Assembly: GCF_006345805.1 (NCBI RefSeq)
Contig: NC_043003.1
Location: 97,836,001 to 97,900,000, forward strand
Length of the DNA stretch: 64,000 bases
Direction of reading: 5' to 3'
DNA from: Octopus sinensis
Taxonomy: Eukaryota
Positions 24,256 to 38,159 of the stretch are shown here, in pieces (the stretch's first letter is position 1; each line of letters starts with the position of its first letter). The notes below the pieces were generated by a model, which did not search any database, was not told the DNA's origin, and saw only the letters and a program-made list of their open reading frames with translations. Both the position numbers and the translations under genes were made by a program.

Positions 24256-24560
24256 TATGAACCATTAAGTGATATTTTTCGTAAAATGGTGATTTATCTG
24301 ATATCGCGCAACTTCACGACACAAATTATTTTATTGATGCAAAAACATGAAAATATCTGTACATTCTCTATAACATTTCGCAGACACGTTATTTGTTAAT
24401 TACTTACCTATATCAAGAGGTGCTGAAAAGCCCCAGATTTTGGGTTAAAGAAAATACAGTTAATTATGATTTTATTCAACATGTCTGCCTCTCGGATTCA
24501 CACACTTATTGCAGCAGTCCGTCAGTTTTTCTAAGCCTTGTAAAAGAATTCGGACTTGTT

Positions 24561-25020
24561 TTACTCTCATTTGAGGCAGTAGCTGCAGGTTGGAAGAGGT
24601 ATCGTGGCAGGGCCCACACCAGATGGCTGGACGTGATTGGGGAAGATCTCCAGAGGCTCGATTTCACCTTGGAGGATGCAGAGGGGCTGGCATAGCGCCG
24701 CCTGCAGTGGAACCAGGTCGGCTCTACGCATGATGACGTCTCAGGGATCGCAAACCTCTTTCTTTACTGCCCACAAGGGGTTACACACAGAGGGGACAAA
24801 CAAGGACAGACAAACGGATTAAGTGATTACATCGACCCCAGTGCGTAACTGGTACTTATTTAATCGACCCAGGAAGGATGAAAGGCAAAGTCGACCTCGG
24901 CGGAATTTGAACTAAGAACGTAGCAGCAGACGAAATACCGCTTAGCATTTCGCCCGGCGTGATAATGTTTCTGCCAGTGATGACCACAGCCCCATCAAGT
25001 AAGAGAATGAAGCAAGCAAG
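24561..25020 (+). mobile_element. RTE-like LINE 3' end (split by a SINE)
   Basis: WKRYRGRAHTRWLD.I.EDL...LEDAEGLA*RRLQW plus (GCAA)n tail; uninterrupted relative at 29985-30335. Confidence 0.75.
24758..24976 (-). mobile_element. SINE family A (tail 1)
   Basis: Inserted between AACCT and GTGATGACC, which are contiguous in the 30270-30290 relative. Confidence 0.85.
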
Positions 25021-25569
25021 GGCTTTCGCGATACCCTTAAAGCCAAGAAATTTTCAGCACTTCCTCGTATATACTTATGTAGACCGTTGCAAATTGATAT
25101 GTAGAATTCTATAGTTTGAAAGTTATATTTAACCTGGATTTTAAAACCGCTTGCTGTGGAATTACTGTGGCTTTATAATACTTCCGCTGCCTTGTGGCCA
25201 TACCCAACCATAAGAAAGAGCTTCAGAGTAAGCCTCGAGGAAACTATCGGGAGTCGAGATCCCTAAGGCAGTTCGCCGTTTTCTACAACCTCGTTCTGGC
25301 AACTCCTACGACGACGCTGGTACCAAATTGTAACGGCAGTGCTGTTCCTTTGGATCAGTCAATGGCGTTGAGAAGGAGACATGCTGCATGGCAGCAACAT
25401 GTCCTCTATATCACACTGTTCCCTCTTGGATCCTATCGAACTCCCTATCCTGGAGATAGAGCCGAATAACTCAAACAACACCGCGACAGTCCACATGAAT
25501 TCATGTCTGGAAACCTCATGACATACTCAGATTGTTGAAAAAGTCGATAATAGGCTCCCTGGAAGGGAT

Positions 25570-25605
<36 letters not shown>

Positions 25606-26853
25606 AATATGTTTTATTTTAAAAACCAAGGAAAATAACCCATTCATTCTCCTAAATTATTTGGTAAAAATGAAATTGAGTATACTTATTTCTTAGTATT
25701 TGAACTGTTAGAGTTATTTTCGCAATTTATCCAGTACAATCCTTAAATAAGTAAATAGTATTTTCCTAAACAATAAATCCACTTATTTCGGTTAGTGACT
25801 TATTCACGAATATACCAACACTAGCGCCCCTGAGGGTAATGTTCTCTGGGAACGCAGAAAAGACCTTTTCAGAGTTATTTACTTTGAATTGTTATTATCT
25901 CATATCTGATTAGTCTGTTATTTCGTAACATGCTTCACGATTTTAGTATACATACCTTATTGGTATTTCCTTCTATGTTCTATATACTCTGAGAACGCAT
26001 TAAAGCCTTTTTCGGGGCTACTTTATTTGAATTCTTAATATCGGGTAACTAATTTCATTTTATTACATAATTGATTTCACAATTTGGGTATTCATAACTT
26101 ATTGGGAATTCCTAAAAACGAGGTCTTGTGTAAGACAGTTCGGTATTCTCTGTAAATGCACAAAAACCGTTTTAAGGGCTACACATTTTGTTTTGTTGTT
26201 ATTGGATTAGTGAAACAATTACGAGAACGGAACCAAGGGATAAGCCCCGCTTTCCCGGGAATTTCTGGGTACGTCAGCTAGTCGCATAATAAAACTATAA
26301 AAGTATGGTGAACTTTTGCGGTCACAAACTATCTGTTAGCTTAGAAAAATGCATGCTTGAAAGTTTTCAGTTACGCGCATTGTGGGCTTCTTCAAACGTC
26401 ATGTGACCACCGTAAGAAATTTAAAAGCTTAGTTCTTAAATATAACAACGAAGATTTCAGTACACAATTTTCTTTTATTTTCCTATTTACTAACAGATTT
26501 TAACAGATTTTACTGGTGTTATGTTCTGACCACCGCCTGTCCTTAATGACAATGGATTAATAATCCCACCGACCCTCCTACTTCCCCCTCTTATAAGGCT
26601 AGCTCTCCATATTTAATCATTCCATCTTTGAACTTCTCTGCATTAAAATCTGAAACGTAAGAACTTTTCTACCCTGATGATAGAGGTTCGTCTTATCCAA
26701 TGTTGGTTGCTTCCATTACGGCCGCATATTGTGCTAAACATATATCATATGTGTGTGTGTGTGTGCATGTGTGTGCGTGGGTATGTTCTCCCTTTCTCTC
26801 ATTCTATCTCTCTCTCTCACACATACACACAGATACTCACACACACATATATT

Positions 26854-27084
26854 GGCGGCGAGCTGGCAGAAACGGTAGCACGCCGGGCGAAATGCGTAGC
26901 CGTATTTCGTCTGCCGTTACGTTCTGAGTTCAAATTCCGCCGAGGTCGACTTTGCCTTTCATCCTTTCGGGGTCGATAAATTAAGTACCAGTTACGCACT
27001 GGGGTCGATGGAATCGACTTAATCGCTTTGTCTGTCCTTGTTTGTCCCCTCTGTCTTTAGCCTCTTGTGGGTAGTAAAGAAATA
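26854..27084 (+). mobile_element. SINE family A (tail 1), full length, young
   Basis: GGCGGCGAGCTGGCAG head, GAGTTCAAATTCC B box, GGTAGTAAAGAAATA end. Confidence 0.9.
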
Positions 27085-27119
27085 TATATTTATGTATATG
27101 TATATATGTGCATATACAT

Positions 27120-27579
27120 ATATACAGAGAGAGAGAGAGAGAGAGAAGGGAGAGAGAGGGAGAGAGAGAGGGAGAGAGAGAGAGAGGGAGAAAGAGAGAA
27201 ACAGACAGACAGACAGACAGAGAAGGAGAGTAATAAGGGGGTCTATTTGTGTCAAACTTAAGAGATTAGAAATATTTTGAAACATAATTTCAAAGAAAAT
27301 GTGTACGAAACTGTTGGATGTAGTATATCAAGAATTGAACTTATGAAGCGGAAGTGATAGGGTGTTGTCTCATCTCATGTTCGCAGAACATGTGCTGGGT
27401 AGGGTCATCCAGTTCAATGAGGCGGTTATGTTGTCACTCACTTCAAACGGTGTTTTGCAACAGAGATTAGAATGGCGCTGATGTAATGCTATCAATACAT
27501 ACATACATACATACATACATACATACATACATACATGCATGCATATATGAGTGCGTATGTATGTATGTATGTATGTATG

Positions 27580-27610
<31 letters not shown>

Positions 27611-27765
27611 GCATGTATGTATGTAAGTAGGTAGGTAGGCAGCAGGTATGTGTGCATGTGTGTTTATGTATGAGTTTACACGTGTATTTGCATATGCATA
27701 TACATTTACATAATACACACATATATAGATATATATGTATCTCTCTCTCTCTGAATACATACATA

Positions 27766-27807
<42 letters not shown>

Positions 27808-27837
27808 GCACACATATATATATACATATATATATAC

Positions 27838-27880
<43 letters not shown>

Positions 27881-27891
27881 ATATATATTTT

Positions 27892-27923
<32 letters not shown>

Positions 27924-28056
27924 ACACACACTTATACATAGATTTGTATAGACATACGTACATACATATCTATCTACTAACTAACCAACATACATATATG
28001 CTTGGATATATATGTGTGTGTGTACATGTTTATATATATATATGTATATATATACT

Positions 28057-28089
<33 letters not shown>

Positions 28090-28095
28090 CATACA
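27120..28095. repeat. Microsatellite cluster (AG)n, (ATAC)n/(TATG)n, (TA)n
   Basis: Direct reading; short unique spacer near 27240-27490. Confidence 0.9.
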
Positions 28096-28469
28096 TAGGT
28101 TCGTACGTTTGTGTGCAAAGGAGTAAAACCACACCAACCCGTTGCTTAGTTTGGCGTACTGAGGTAGTAAACTCAGTACATGTTACTTAAAAGAATTATA
28201 CAGCACAAAAACAAAACAAAAAACAAAACAAAGCAAAAACACAACAACAACAAAACAGTAATTAATGTAGCTACAGTAACTGCTCGTAATAAAAAGGTGA
28301 TTTGCCAGTGCTTGAACGTGACCACAACCTCTAGGTGAAACGAAAGTGAAAGTAAAAGAAAAGGTATAAAAAATTGCTGACAAGTTATGAATGGAAAGGT
28401 AGCATTCAGTAAGAGGTTGTAATGCGAAGCAAGTTGCCTATATAGGGTATATTTATTTGTTATCGTTGT

Positions 28470-28660
28470 ATAGCTTGGATCGGCTCCGATCGATAAGCTC
28501 TATGACCAAAGATATTCCAACGATGACTATCACAGTCTTTATTCAGACGTAGAATATCTAGGATTAAATAATCTAATATGTTATTTTGTTTAAAGACGAC
28601 AGTTTATAAATTGAGGGTGATGTAGTTACGATTTTTAGAAGGTCAATCGACCGTGTAGTG
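28470..28660 (+). repeat. Old dispersed repeat (family E), unclassified
   Basis: Shares a CTATGACCAAAGATATTCC-like segment with about 44062-44330 (+) and about 44920-44995 (-). Confidence 0.4.
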
Positions 28661-28787
28661 CAGAGTGGTTACTATCTTACATTCTTTGCGCCAAATTCTT
28701 TTTCACTCTTGAGTTCAGATGAGCCATGCATGAATTGTACTCTCCCAATCGTTCAAGTCCTGCACAAATTATGTTAATACAAATATA

Positions 28788-29370
28788 GGAGCCGGCGTGG
28801 CTATGTGGTAAGAAGTTTGATTCTCAACTACATGGTTCCAAGTTCAGTCTTACTGCGCAACATTATGGGCAAGTGTCTTCCGCTATAGCCCCGAGCCGAC
28901 CAAAACCTTGTGAGTGGTTATGCAGACTGAAAGTGAAAACAAACCCCGTCGCATACATACATACATACATACATACATACATACATACATACATACATAC
29001 ATACATACATACTTACATACATACATGCATACATACATACATACACACGCACACACACAGACATTCATACATACATACATACATACATAATACATACATA
29101 CATACATACAAACATACATACATACATACATACATACATACATACATACGTGTGTGTGTGTGTTCGTGTGTATTTCTGTGTATATTTGCCCTCCACCGCC
29201 TTTTGAGACTGTTTTTTTTACGTCACCGTGACTTGGTTCGACAATAGAGAAAGACAGAATTAGTAACAGGTTAAAAAAAAAAAAGTAGTGGGGTCGATTC
29301 GTTCGATTCTAACCCTTTATGGCAGTATCCCAGCATGGCTGCCGTTCAATGAGTGAAGCAAGTAAAAAAT
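28788..29370 (+). mobile_element. SINE family B with an expanded internal (ATAC)n
   Basis: Head 28788-28950, microsatellite about 28951-29165, degraded 3' part to about 29370. Confidence 0.75.
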
Positions 29371-29384
29371 ACATGATAAAAGAT

Positions 29385-29520
29385 TACTGATGTCTCATAA
29401 AGATCAGACACTTTTTAAACGCTGGCGAACATTCACGCATTTTCCCTGTCATGGCAACCATAGATTGTACAGCGCAGCACATCAGCAGGGAAGGTCCATC
29501 ATTATGAGACACCCCCAGTA
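29385..29520. mobile_element. Short TA-flanked MITE-like element
   Basis: TA-CTG-ATGTCTCATAAAGAT at left vs the reverse complement TA-CTGGGGGTGTCTCATAATGAT at right. Confidence 0.4.
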
Positions 29521-29984
29521 TTTAGTTATTTTTACAGGACACAATGTTTTTATTACTATAGACAGTGTAAACATCACTTATTTTAATGAAACTTTTGAAT
29601 TTGTTTTGATTCCATCAAGCTTTTTAACGTTTAGAGTGATATTAGTGACTGTGAATAGCAAAGAATTCTTCAAATTTGAACCAGTCAATCATGACCTAGT
29701 TTTTGTTTTTATTTTCATGAATGAAAATATTTAGTTTCATGAATGAAAATATTTGTTCACATCTGTACGCCGTTCTGAAACGTCAGATGTAACTCTGGAC
29801 AAATTTGCTTATTTTTGAAGAAAAGAGAAAAATGATAAAAAAAAAAAATAATGGCCAGTAGATTTTGATAATTTCATCAGCATTTGGATCTGTGAGAAGC
29901 CCATGGAATTTAATTTTCAACAATGAATCTGTTTTGAAGTAAAAAAATTCCATTTGTATTTCAACATGGTATTTATTCACTAAG

Positions 29985-30335
29985 AACTGCGTGTGCCCAT
30001 GCATCAGCCCGCAGCCTCCCATCCGTTGCATGTTCTCAGTCTGCTGCTAGATCATCCTACCAGGGCTTTATTCTCATTTGAGGCAGTAGCTGCAGGCTGG
30101 AAGAGGTATCGTGGCAGGGCCCACACCAGATGGCTGGACCTGATTGGGGAAGATCTCCAGAAGCTCGATTTCACCTTGGAGGATGCAGAGGGGCTGGCAT
30201 AGCGCCGCCTGCAGTGGAGATCCACTGGTGAACCAGGTCGGCTCTACGCATGATGACGTCTCAGGGATCGCTAACCTGTGATGACCCCCCAGCCCCATCA
30301 AGTAAGAGAATGAAGCAAGCAAGCAAGAAGCAAGT
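29985..30335 (+). mobile_element. RTE-like LINE 3' end
   Basis: Close relative of 24561-25020; (GCAA)n tail. Confidence 0.75.
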
Positions 30336-30885
30336 GAAAATGAGTTTATGAAAGCTCGTATGAAAATGCCTTCAGCAAATTCATGAAACCGACTTTTAAA
30401 TGAGACTTGTTATAATCTGATATTTTAAACATTTTGTAAAATCCTAAGTACATTCACCCTACTCTATTAAGTGCTGAAACTGATTCACATCCTCATCGTC
30501 TAAGAGATAAACAAACAGATTCAATCCAATCTTGAATACATTTACTATTTTAAGAAACAATTTGTTCTCATCCTTCAGTTCAAATATTAATCATTGGGTG
30601 CATCGATGAAGGTGTTAGACTGACTAACTAATTGATATCACATAAAGGGACTCTTGTTCACGAGTACCTCATTTTTATTTTCTAAAAATGATGAACGGTA
30701 ATTTTTCAGTTTTCAAAATCCATTCAGAACTTGTGATCAAGAAAGCCATCGCATTTCTCAATGGAAGACATGATCAACATATTCCAAAACTAATATCTCA
30801 CAGTAGACTCTGAATTCTCAACTGTTTAATGATTCTGTCCTAATTTTATTGACTCATTTCATAGCCATTAATATAACACGCTCAT

Positions 30886-31090
30886 GTGGCGAGCCAGCAG
30901 AATCGTTAACACGCCGGACAAAATGCTTAGTGATATTTCTTCCGGCTATTCGTTCTAAGTTCAAATTCCGCCGAGGTCGACTTGGTTTTTCATCTTTTCG
31001 AGGTCGATAAAAGAAGTACTAGTCTAGTATTGGAGTTGATGAAGTCGACTGGACCACTTACCATAAAATTTAGGCCTTGGGATTAAATAT
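30886..31090 (+). mobile_element. SINE family A (tail 2), diverged
   Basis: Head, B box and GTCGACTT..TTTTCATC body. Confidence 0.75.
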
Positions 31091-31590
31091 AATGTTTCAG
31101 GTTTAAAGTTTTTCCATTCAACGATTCTTGTATAATGTTTTTATCAGAGGACAATCCCCAAAGCTTCCAAATAGCTTTGTAGTGCCAACGGCTTTATTGG
31201 TCATTGACTAAGCTTCGTCAATACAAATAATGATAAACTTAATGAAATTTACTTTCCAAGTATACCTTCACTCGCCAAATATACCTATTGTATTTCCGTG
31301 AGCGCTTCATCAATGGAGGAGTACTTTCAAAGACTATAAAATTGTCATCAGTTCCTTTACAAAATGCTCAACTAGATTATATACCGTATGTCAACAGATT
31401 GCTTCATCCAGTGCTCAAAGAAAATAAAGTACAAGCATAAAAATAAGGCCTTAAAATTTGGTCATAAATATCGCGAGAAGAGTTTTTCGGTGCATCTCGT
31501 AACTGCTTGCTTTAATAGAGCAATTTGACCACTTTTCATTCGATATTTTAATCATGATCATCTCTGTCTATCTGTCTGTCTGTTTGTTTT

Positions 31591-31629
<39 letters not shown>

Positions 31630-31919
31630 ATGAGAGAGAACAAGTGGTGATAACTGTGTCAGACAGGACTAGTGAACTACTGAAAACTAGGGTCGTGCTT
31701 TCACTTCGTTTACTCGTACTATTTAATAAACACATACAGATGCATCCCCATTGAGTACCATAATTCTTTGATATTTTGATTGTATTTTTCAAGCATGACG
31801 TGAACTCACACACATTCATTCTTATTACCAATCTATACTCCATTAACGCTTCGTTCAGAAGTAAACGTATATTGAGTTCTACACCAAGCTTGATAGTATT
31901 ACCAAGCTTAAGCAATATA

Positions 31920-32476
<557 letters not shown>

Positions 32477-32589
32477 TTATACATCCATATATGTATGGCG
32501 GTGCCCCAGCATGGCCACAGCTCATGAGCTGAAACTGGAAAAATCATCAAAAAATCAAATATATATATATATGTATGTGTGTGTGTGCG

Positions 32590-32980
32590 CGAATAGTAAG
32601 AAGCTTGCTTCCCAACCACGTGGTTCCGGGTTCAGTCCCACTGCATGGCACCTTGGGCAAGTAATCGGCTACTATACCCTCGAGCCGACCAAAGCCTTGT
32701 GAGTGGGTTTTGTAGACGGAAACTGAGAGAAGACCGTTGTATATATATGTATGTATGTGTGTGTCTTTGTATCTGTCTTTGTCCCTCCCCCCCGCATCAT
32801 CGCTTGAAAACCGATGTTGGTGTATTTACCTCTCCATAACTTAGCGGTTCGGCAGAAGAGAACAATTGAATAAGTACCAGGCTTACAAAGAATAAGTCCA
32901 GGGGTCGATTTCTTGGACTAAAAGGGGGTGCTTCAGCATGGCCTCAGTCAAATGACTGAAACAAATAAAAAAATAAAAGA
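32590..32980 (+). mobile_element. SINE family B
   Basis: Slightly 5'-truncated, diverged copy. Confidence 0.85.
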
Positions 32981-33007
32981 ATATATATACGTATGCATGT
33001 ATATATA

Positions 33008-33352
33008 AAGGGTAAAGACCCCCTTCGGTCAGGCACTGACCATGGGTTTGCACCTAGGGAGATACCCTCTGAGGCACAAGTCTGGGCAAGGTTGTTTTAT
33101 GGAAGACCAGCAGTCACCCATGCATACCGGCCTCCCCTCTCCACGTCACCGATGTTGTCCAAGGGAAAGGCAAGGGCCGATACAGCTTGGCACCTGTGAC
33201 GTCGCAACTCATTTCTACAGCTGAGTGAACTGGAGCAACGTGAAATAAAGTGCCTTGCTCAAGAACACAACACGCAGCCCCGTCCGGGATTCGAGCTCAC
33301 AACCTCACGATCGTAAGCTCGACGCTCTAACCACTGAGCCATGCGCCTTCAC
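33008..33352 (-). mobile_element. tRNA-derived SINE family D with CORE-like domain
   Basis: Sense strand TGGCTCAGTGG A box, GAGCTCGAATCC B box, then TGTGTTCTTGAGCAAGGCACTT...CAGTTCACTCAGCTGTAGAAATG resembling the CORE-SINE domain; relatives at 35296 and 44632. Confidence 0.85.
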
Positions 33353-33383
33353 ATGTATATATATATATGTATATATATATATG

Positions 33384-33572
<189 letters not shown>

Positions 33573-33715
33573 TATATATAAAGTTAATCCAAACAGATTC
33601 ACACACTCATTGCAGCAGTACTTCAGCTTTTCTAAGACCTGTAAAAGAAATCGGAAGTTTGCGTATCTAACCAAGTCTTTCGCGATATTCAGGAATATTT
33701 CATCACTACCCACTC

Positions 33716-33763
<48 letters not shown>

Positions 33764-33766
<3 letters not shown>

Positions 33767-33930
33767 ATCCAAACATGAAAGCACAAAAAAACACAACAAC
33801 GCGAGGACGTGGAACAAGTAAAGTATTATTGGACGCTCAGGAAGGAAGGGAAGAAGGAGGGTTTAACGTTTCGAGCGGAGCTCTTCGTCGGAAACATAGG
33901 AGAAGGAAAGATCCAGAGAAGGGAAGACAA
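33764..33930 (-). mobile_element. Short Penelope-like remnant with a minimal hammerhead-like motif
   Basis: Minus strand 33895-33861: GTTT-CCGACGA-A-GAGC-TCC-GCTC-GAAACGT-T-AAAC; (TA)n flanks. Confidence 0.55.
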
Positions 33931-34199
33931 TCTATATATATATTGTTGTGTCTGCGGAGAGTCATACTGCCTTAATGCCTTAATATGTAACACACACTAC
34001 GGTTCAATTTCCACACATTTATTATTCATATATTTTGCAACCTTGCCAATGGATGTTGACAGAAAATATAAATTATAAATTGAACAAATGTGTGTGTTAC
34101 ATATTAAGGCAATATGGCTCTCCCCAGACAAAAAAAGAAAATTGCTTCGACACCCAATTTCACATAAAAACACTTGCAAGCCAGATACAAAAACGAAGT

Positions 34200-35080
<881 letters not shown>

Positions 35081-35295
35081 TCTATCAGTTTATTTAAAGT
35101 ATCACAGTCTAGTTTGTCTTTTTGTCTGGGAAAAAGCAGTGGCAGTTTCAGGCATTCACCACGTGAGCCCAAATACACACAAAACCTCACCCAAGCGGCC
35201 TCGAAGAACAGGTCAGCCTGCGCTTTCAGATATCAGACTATTGCTGGATACATGCATAGTTATTACCATAGGCATTCCCACAAACATTGGCTCCC

Positions 35296-35606
35296 GGCGC
35301 AATCATGAGGTAAGTGAGTTCGATTCCCAGACCGGGCTGTGCATTGTGTTTTTGAACAAGACACTATTTTCACGTTGTTCCAGTTCGCTCAGCTGTAGAA
35401 ATGAGTTGCAGCGTCACTTGTGCCAAGCTGTATCGACCTTTGCCTTTCCCTCGGATAACATCAGTGGCAAGGAGAGGAGAGGCTGGTATGCATGGGCGAC
35501 TGCTGGTCTTCCATAAACAACCTTGCTCAGACTTGTGCCTCGAAGAGGAACTTTCTAGGTGCAATACCGTGGCTATTCATGATCGAAGGGGGTCTTTACC
35601 CTTTTT
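35296..35606 (+). mobile_element. SINE family D, head damaged
   Basis: Match to the reverse complement of 33008-33352. Confidence 0.8.
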
Positions 35607-35627
35607 ATGTATGTATGTATGGATGCA

Positions 35628-35952
35628 TACTCTTTTTACTCTTTTACTTGTTTCAGTCATTTGACTGCAGCCATGCTGGAGCACCGCCTTTAGTCGAGCT
35701 TATTCCTTGTAAGCCTAGTACTTATTCTATCGGTCTCTTTTTGCAGAACCGCTAAGTTACGGGGACGTAAACACACTAGCATCGGTTGTCAAGCGATGTT
35801 TGGGGAGGGGACACAGACACACAAACATATACTCACTCATATAAACATACATATATACGACGGGCTTCTTTCAGTTTCCGTCTACCAAATCCACTCACAA
35901 AGCTTTGGTCGGATCGAGGCTATAGTAGAAGACACTTGCCCAAGGTGCCACG
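35628..35952 (-). mobile_element. SINE family B, 5'-truncated
   Basis: Reverse match to the family-B body and tail. Confidence 0.85.
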
Positions 35953-36398
35953 CATAATGACATGTTTTATTTCAAGATTTCTTACAAATAAAGAAAGAGC
36001 TGGTTTTTAACTTAGATCCAAGGCTCCTTCATTGGAATTTGAACAACATTAACAAAGTATTTTTGTATGTTTGAGTGTATATGTGCAGTATTTGGAGACA
36101 GTGCATGTGCAGACTTATATGTTTTATGTATGTATTCTCATGCATATCATTGCATGGTTAGACACGTGCATATATACTTAAATGAAAAACTTGCGGAAAG
36201 GTTTTACAAATTTTTACAGTTCATATGATAGCTTGGATATGTAGTCATCGAATCAGCATTCACCTTTCTGATTTTGAGAAGTCTAATTTCTCAGGATTGG
36301 TACTTAGGCAGTGTGTAACATATCTCAGTGCTCCAATAATTACGGGCATAAGCCTGAACTTGTAATCTGGGTAGAATAACTATTGATTTCTCAATAGT

Positions 36399-36792
36399 GG
36401 AATGGATGGAAGCACTCCGTCGGTTACGACGATGAGGGTTCCAGTTGATCCGAATCAACGGAACAGCCTGCTCGTGAAATTAACGTGTAAGTGGCTAAGC
36501 ACTCCACAGACACGTGCACCCTTAACGTAGTTCTCGGGGATATTCAGCGTGACACAGAGAGTGACAAGGCCGGCCCTTTGAAATACAGGTACAACAGAAA
36601 CAGGAAGTAAGAGTGAGAGAAAGTTGTGGTGAAAGAGTACAGCAGGGATCACCACCATCCCCTGCCGGAGTCTCGTGGGGCTATTAGGTGTTTTCGCTCA
36701 ATAAACACTCACAACGCCCGGTCTGGGAATCGAAACCGCGATCCTACGACCGCGAGTCCGCTGCCCTAATCACTGGGCCATTGCGCCTCCAC
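36399..36792 (-). mobile_element. SINE family C, full length
   Basis: 13-bp TSD ATTTCTCAATAGT/ATTTTTCAATAGT (36386-36398 and 36793-36805). Confidence 0.9.
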
Positions 36793-37364
36793 ATTTTTCA
36801 ATAGTACAGCGTAGGTGTTTTTTTTTCGCTGATCGTTAGCCTTATGTTAACATCAGCTGGGCAGCTGGTATGTATGTATGTATGTATGTATGTATGTATG
36901 TCAGGTCATCCTCAGTGCTACTGTTAACATATAACCCAATACAACCTGACACATGGTCGGGCCTTCGGCGACTAAACCCACTAAGGTTGCTGTGTAAAGA
37001 GATGGTTGACACTGGACACTTTGCAGGCTGAAAACAAAACCTGTCAAAGCATGGATGAACGCAGTAGAAGTAACGGCTACAGTCAAATAGCTGGAATTGA
37101 GAGACCCCTGGGTCTTTGTTTAGACATCTCACTAGGAGAAGAAAGTTCCGAAGTAACACTTCTCTCATTGCGAAGCCGAAGATCTTGCACATGATTGTTT
37201 CTGGACTTCTTAGCTTTGTCGGTGAGAGTCTAAGTGTTGTTGTGCAAGCTGCTTTTGACTTTAAATTTCAGCAGGGACATTGTTGAAAGCCATAGTATCT
37301 AACACGTGAGGATAAGATAATTTGTCAACCATGGTCATACCCGTCTACGAGATGACAGCCATCA

Positions 37365-37456
37365 TGTATGTATGTATGTATGTATGTATGTATGTATGTA
37401 TGTATTTATGTATGTATGTATGTATGTATGTATGTATGTATGTATGTGTGTATGTA

Positions 37457-37491
<35 letters not shown>

Positions 37492-37512
37492 GTATGTATG
37501 TATGTATGTATG

Positions 37513-37543
<31 letters not shown>

Positions 37544-37565
37544 TGCTTGTATGTATGTATGCATG
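37365..37565. repeat. (TATG)n/(TG)n array
   Basis: Direct reading. Confidence 0.95.
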
Positions 37566-38159
37566 TACGTACGAGCGAATGCATGCGTCACCGATATATA
37601 TGTCAACGAATGATAAAAGAATTGGTGAGGAGATAGAAAAAAATGTTCACCAAATTCTAACCGACTCTTTAACATGTCTGTCACTTTAACGCCTTTTTTT
37701 TTTAACAATATGCAAATTACAGAGTGATCTATAATTATTGCGTGGTAATTGTCAGAGAATAAGCAAAATAGAAAAAGAACACAATCCTCAACAAAAAAAG
37801 AAGAAATAATAGAGACAAAACCGAAAATGAGAATATGAAAACGAAAACTTTATGTATACAGATAAGTGAGGAATTTAGAATTTAGACATACAAAGAATTC
37901 ATGTCTTGAAACCTAAGCTGTTTTCAACAATATCCTTATTTCGAAAGAAAACACAAATAAATCATATAATAAGAAAACGAAATATTATCAACTACCATGA
38001 CAATAGCACTAATACACATGCTTAACAAATTTATTTACGTTGTGCTTGCATTTTCTATTCTATTTACTAATGGTGTGATATATCACAATTCATTGGCGAA
38101 ACATTAGCGCCAAACGGAATATTCACCTTTGTTTTTGTAAAGCGTAATGATGTTAGCAT

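Larger units (their letters stand above)
24411..25069. mobile_element. Mariner-type MITE carrying nested insertions
   Basis: TA-flanked TIR-like ends, with internal sequence shared with 44998-45212. Confidence 0.65.

Noticed and set aside
25194-25469. 91-aa ORF in GC-richer unique sequence as a host exon
   Set aside because: No recognisable motif or convincing splice sites in any frame.
26674-26720. C/D snoRNA or hammerhead starting at CTGATGA
   Set aside because: No downstream D box with a terminal stem and no GAAA.
28183-28400. Minus-strand polypyrimidine tract plus AG as a host exon acceptor
   Set aside because: Downstream frames run into low-complexity sequence and there is no clear donor.
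36905-37345. Complex block as a LINE 5' region or exon
   Set aside because: All frames have stops, no diagnostic motif, and no second copy in the window.
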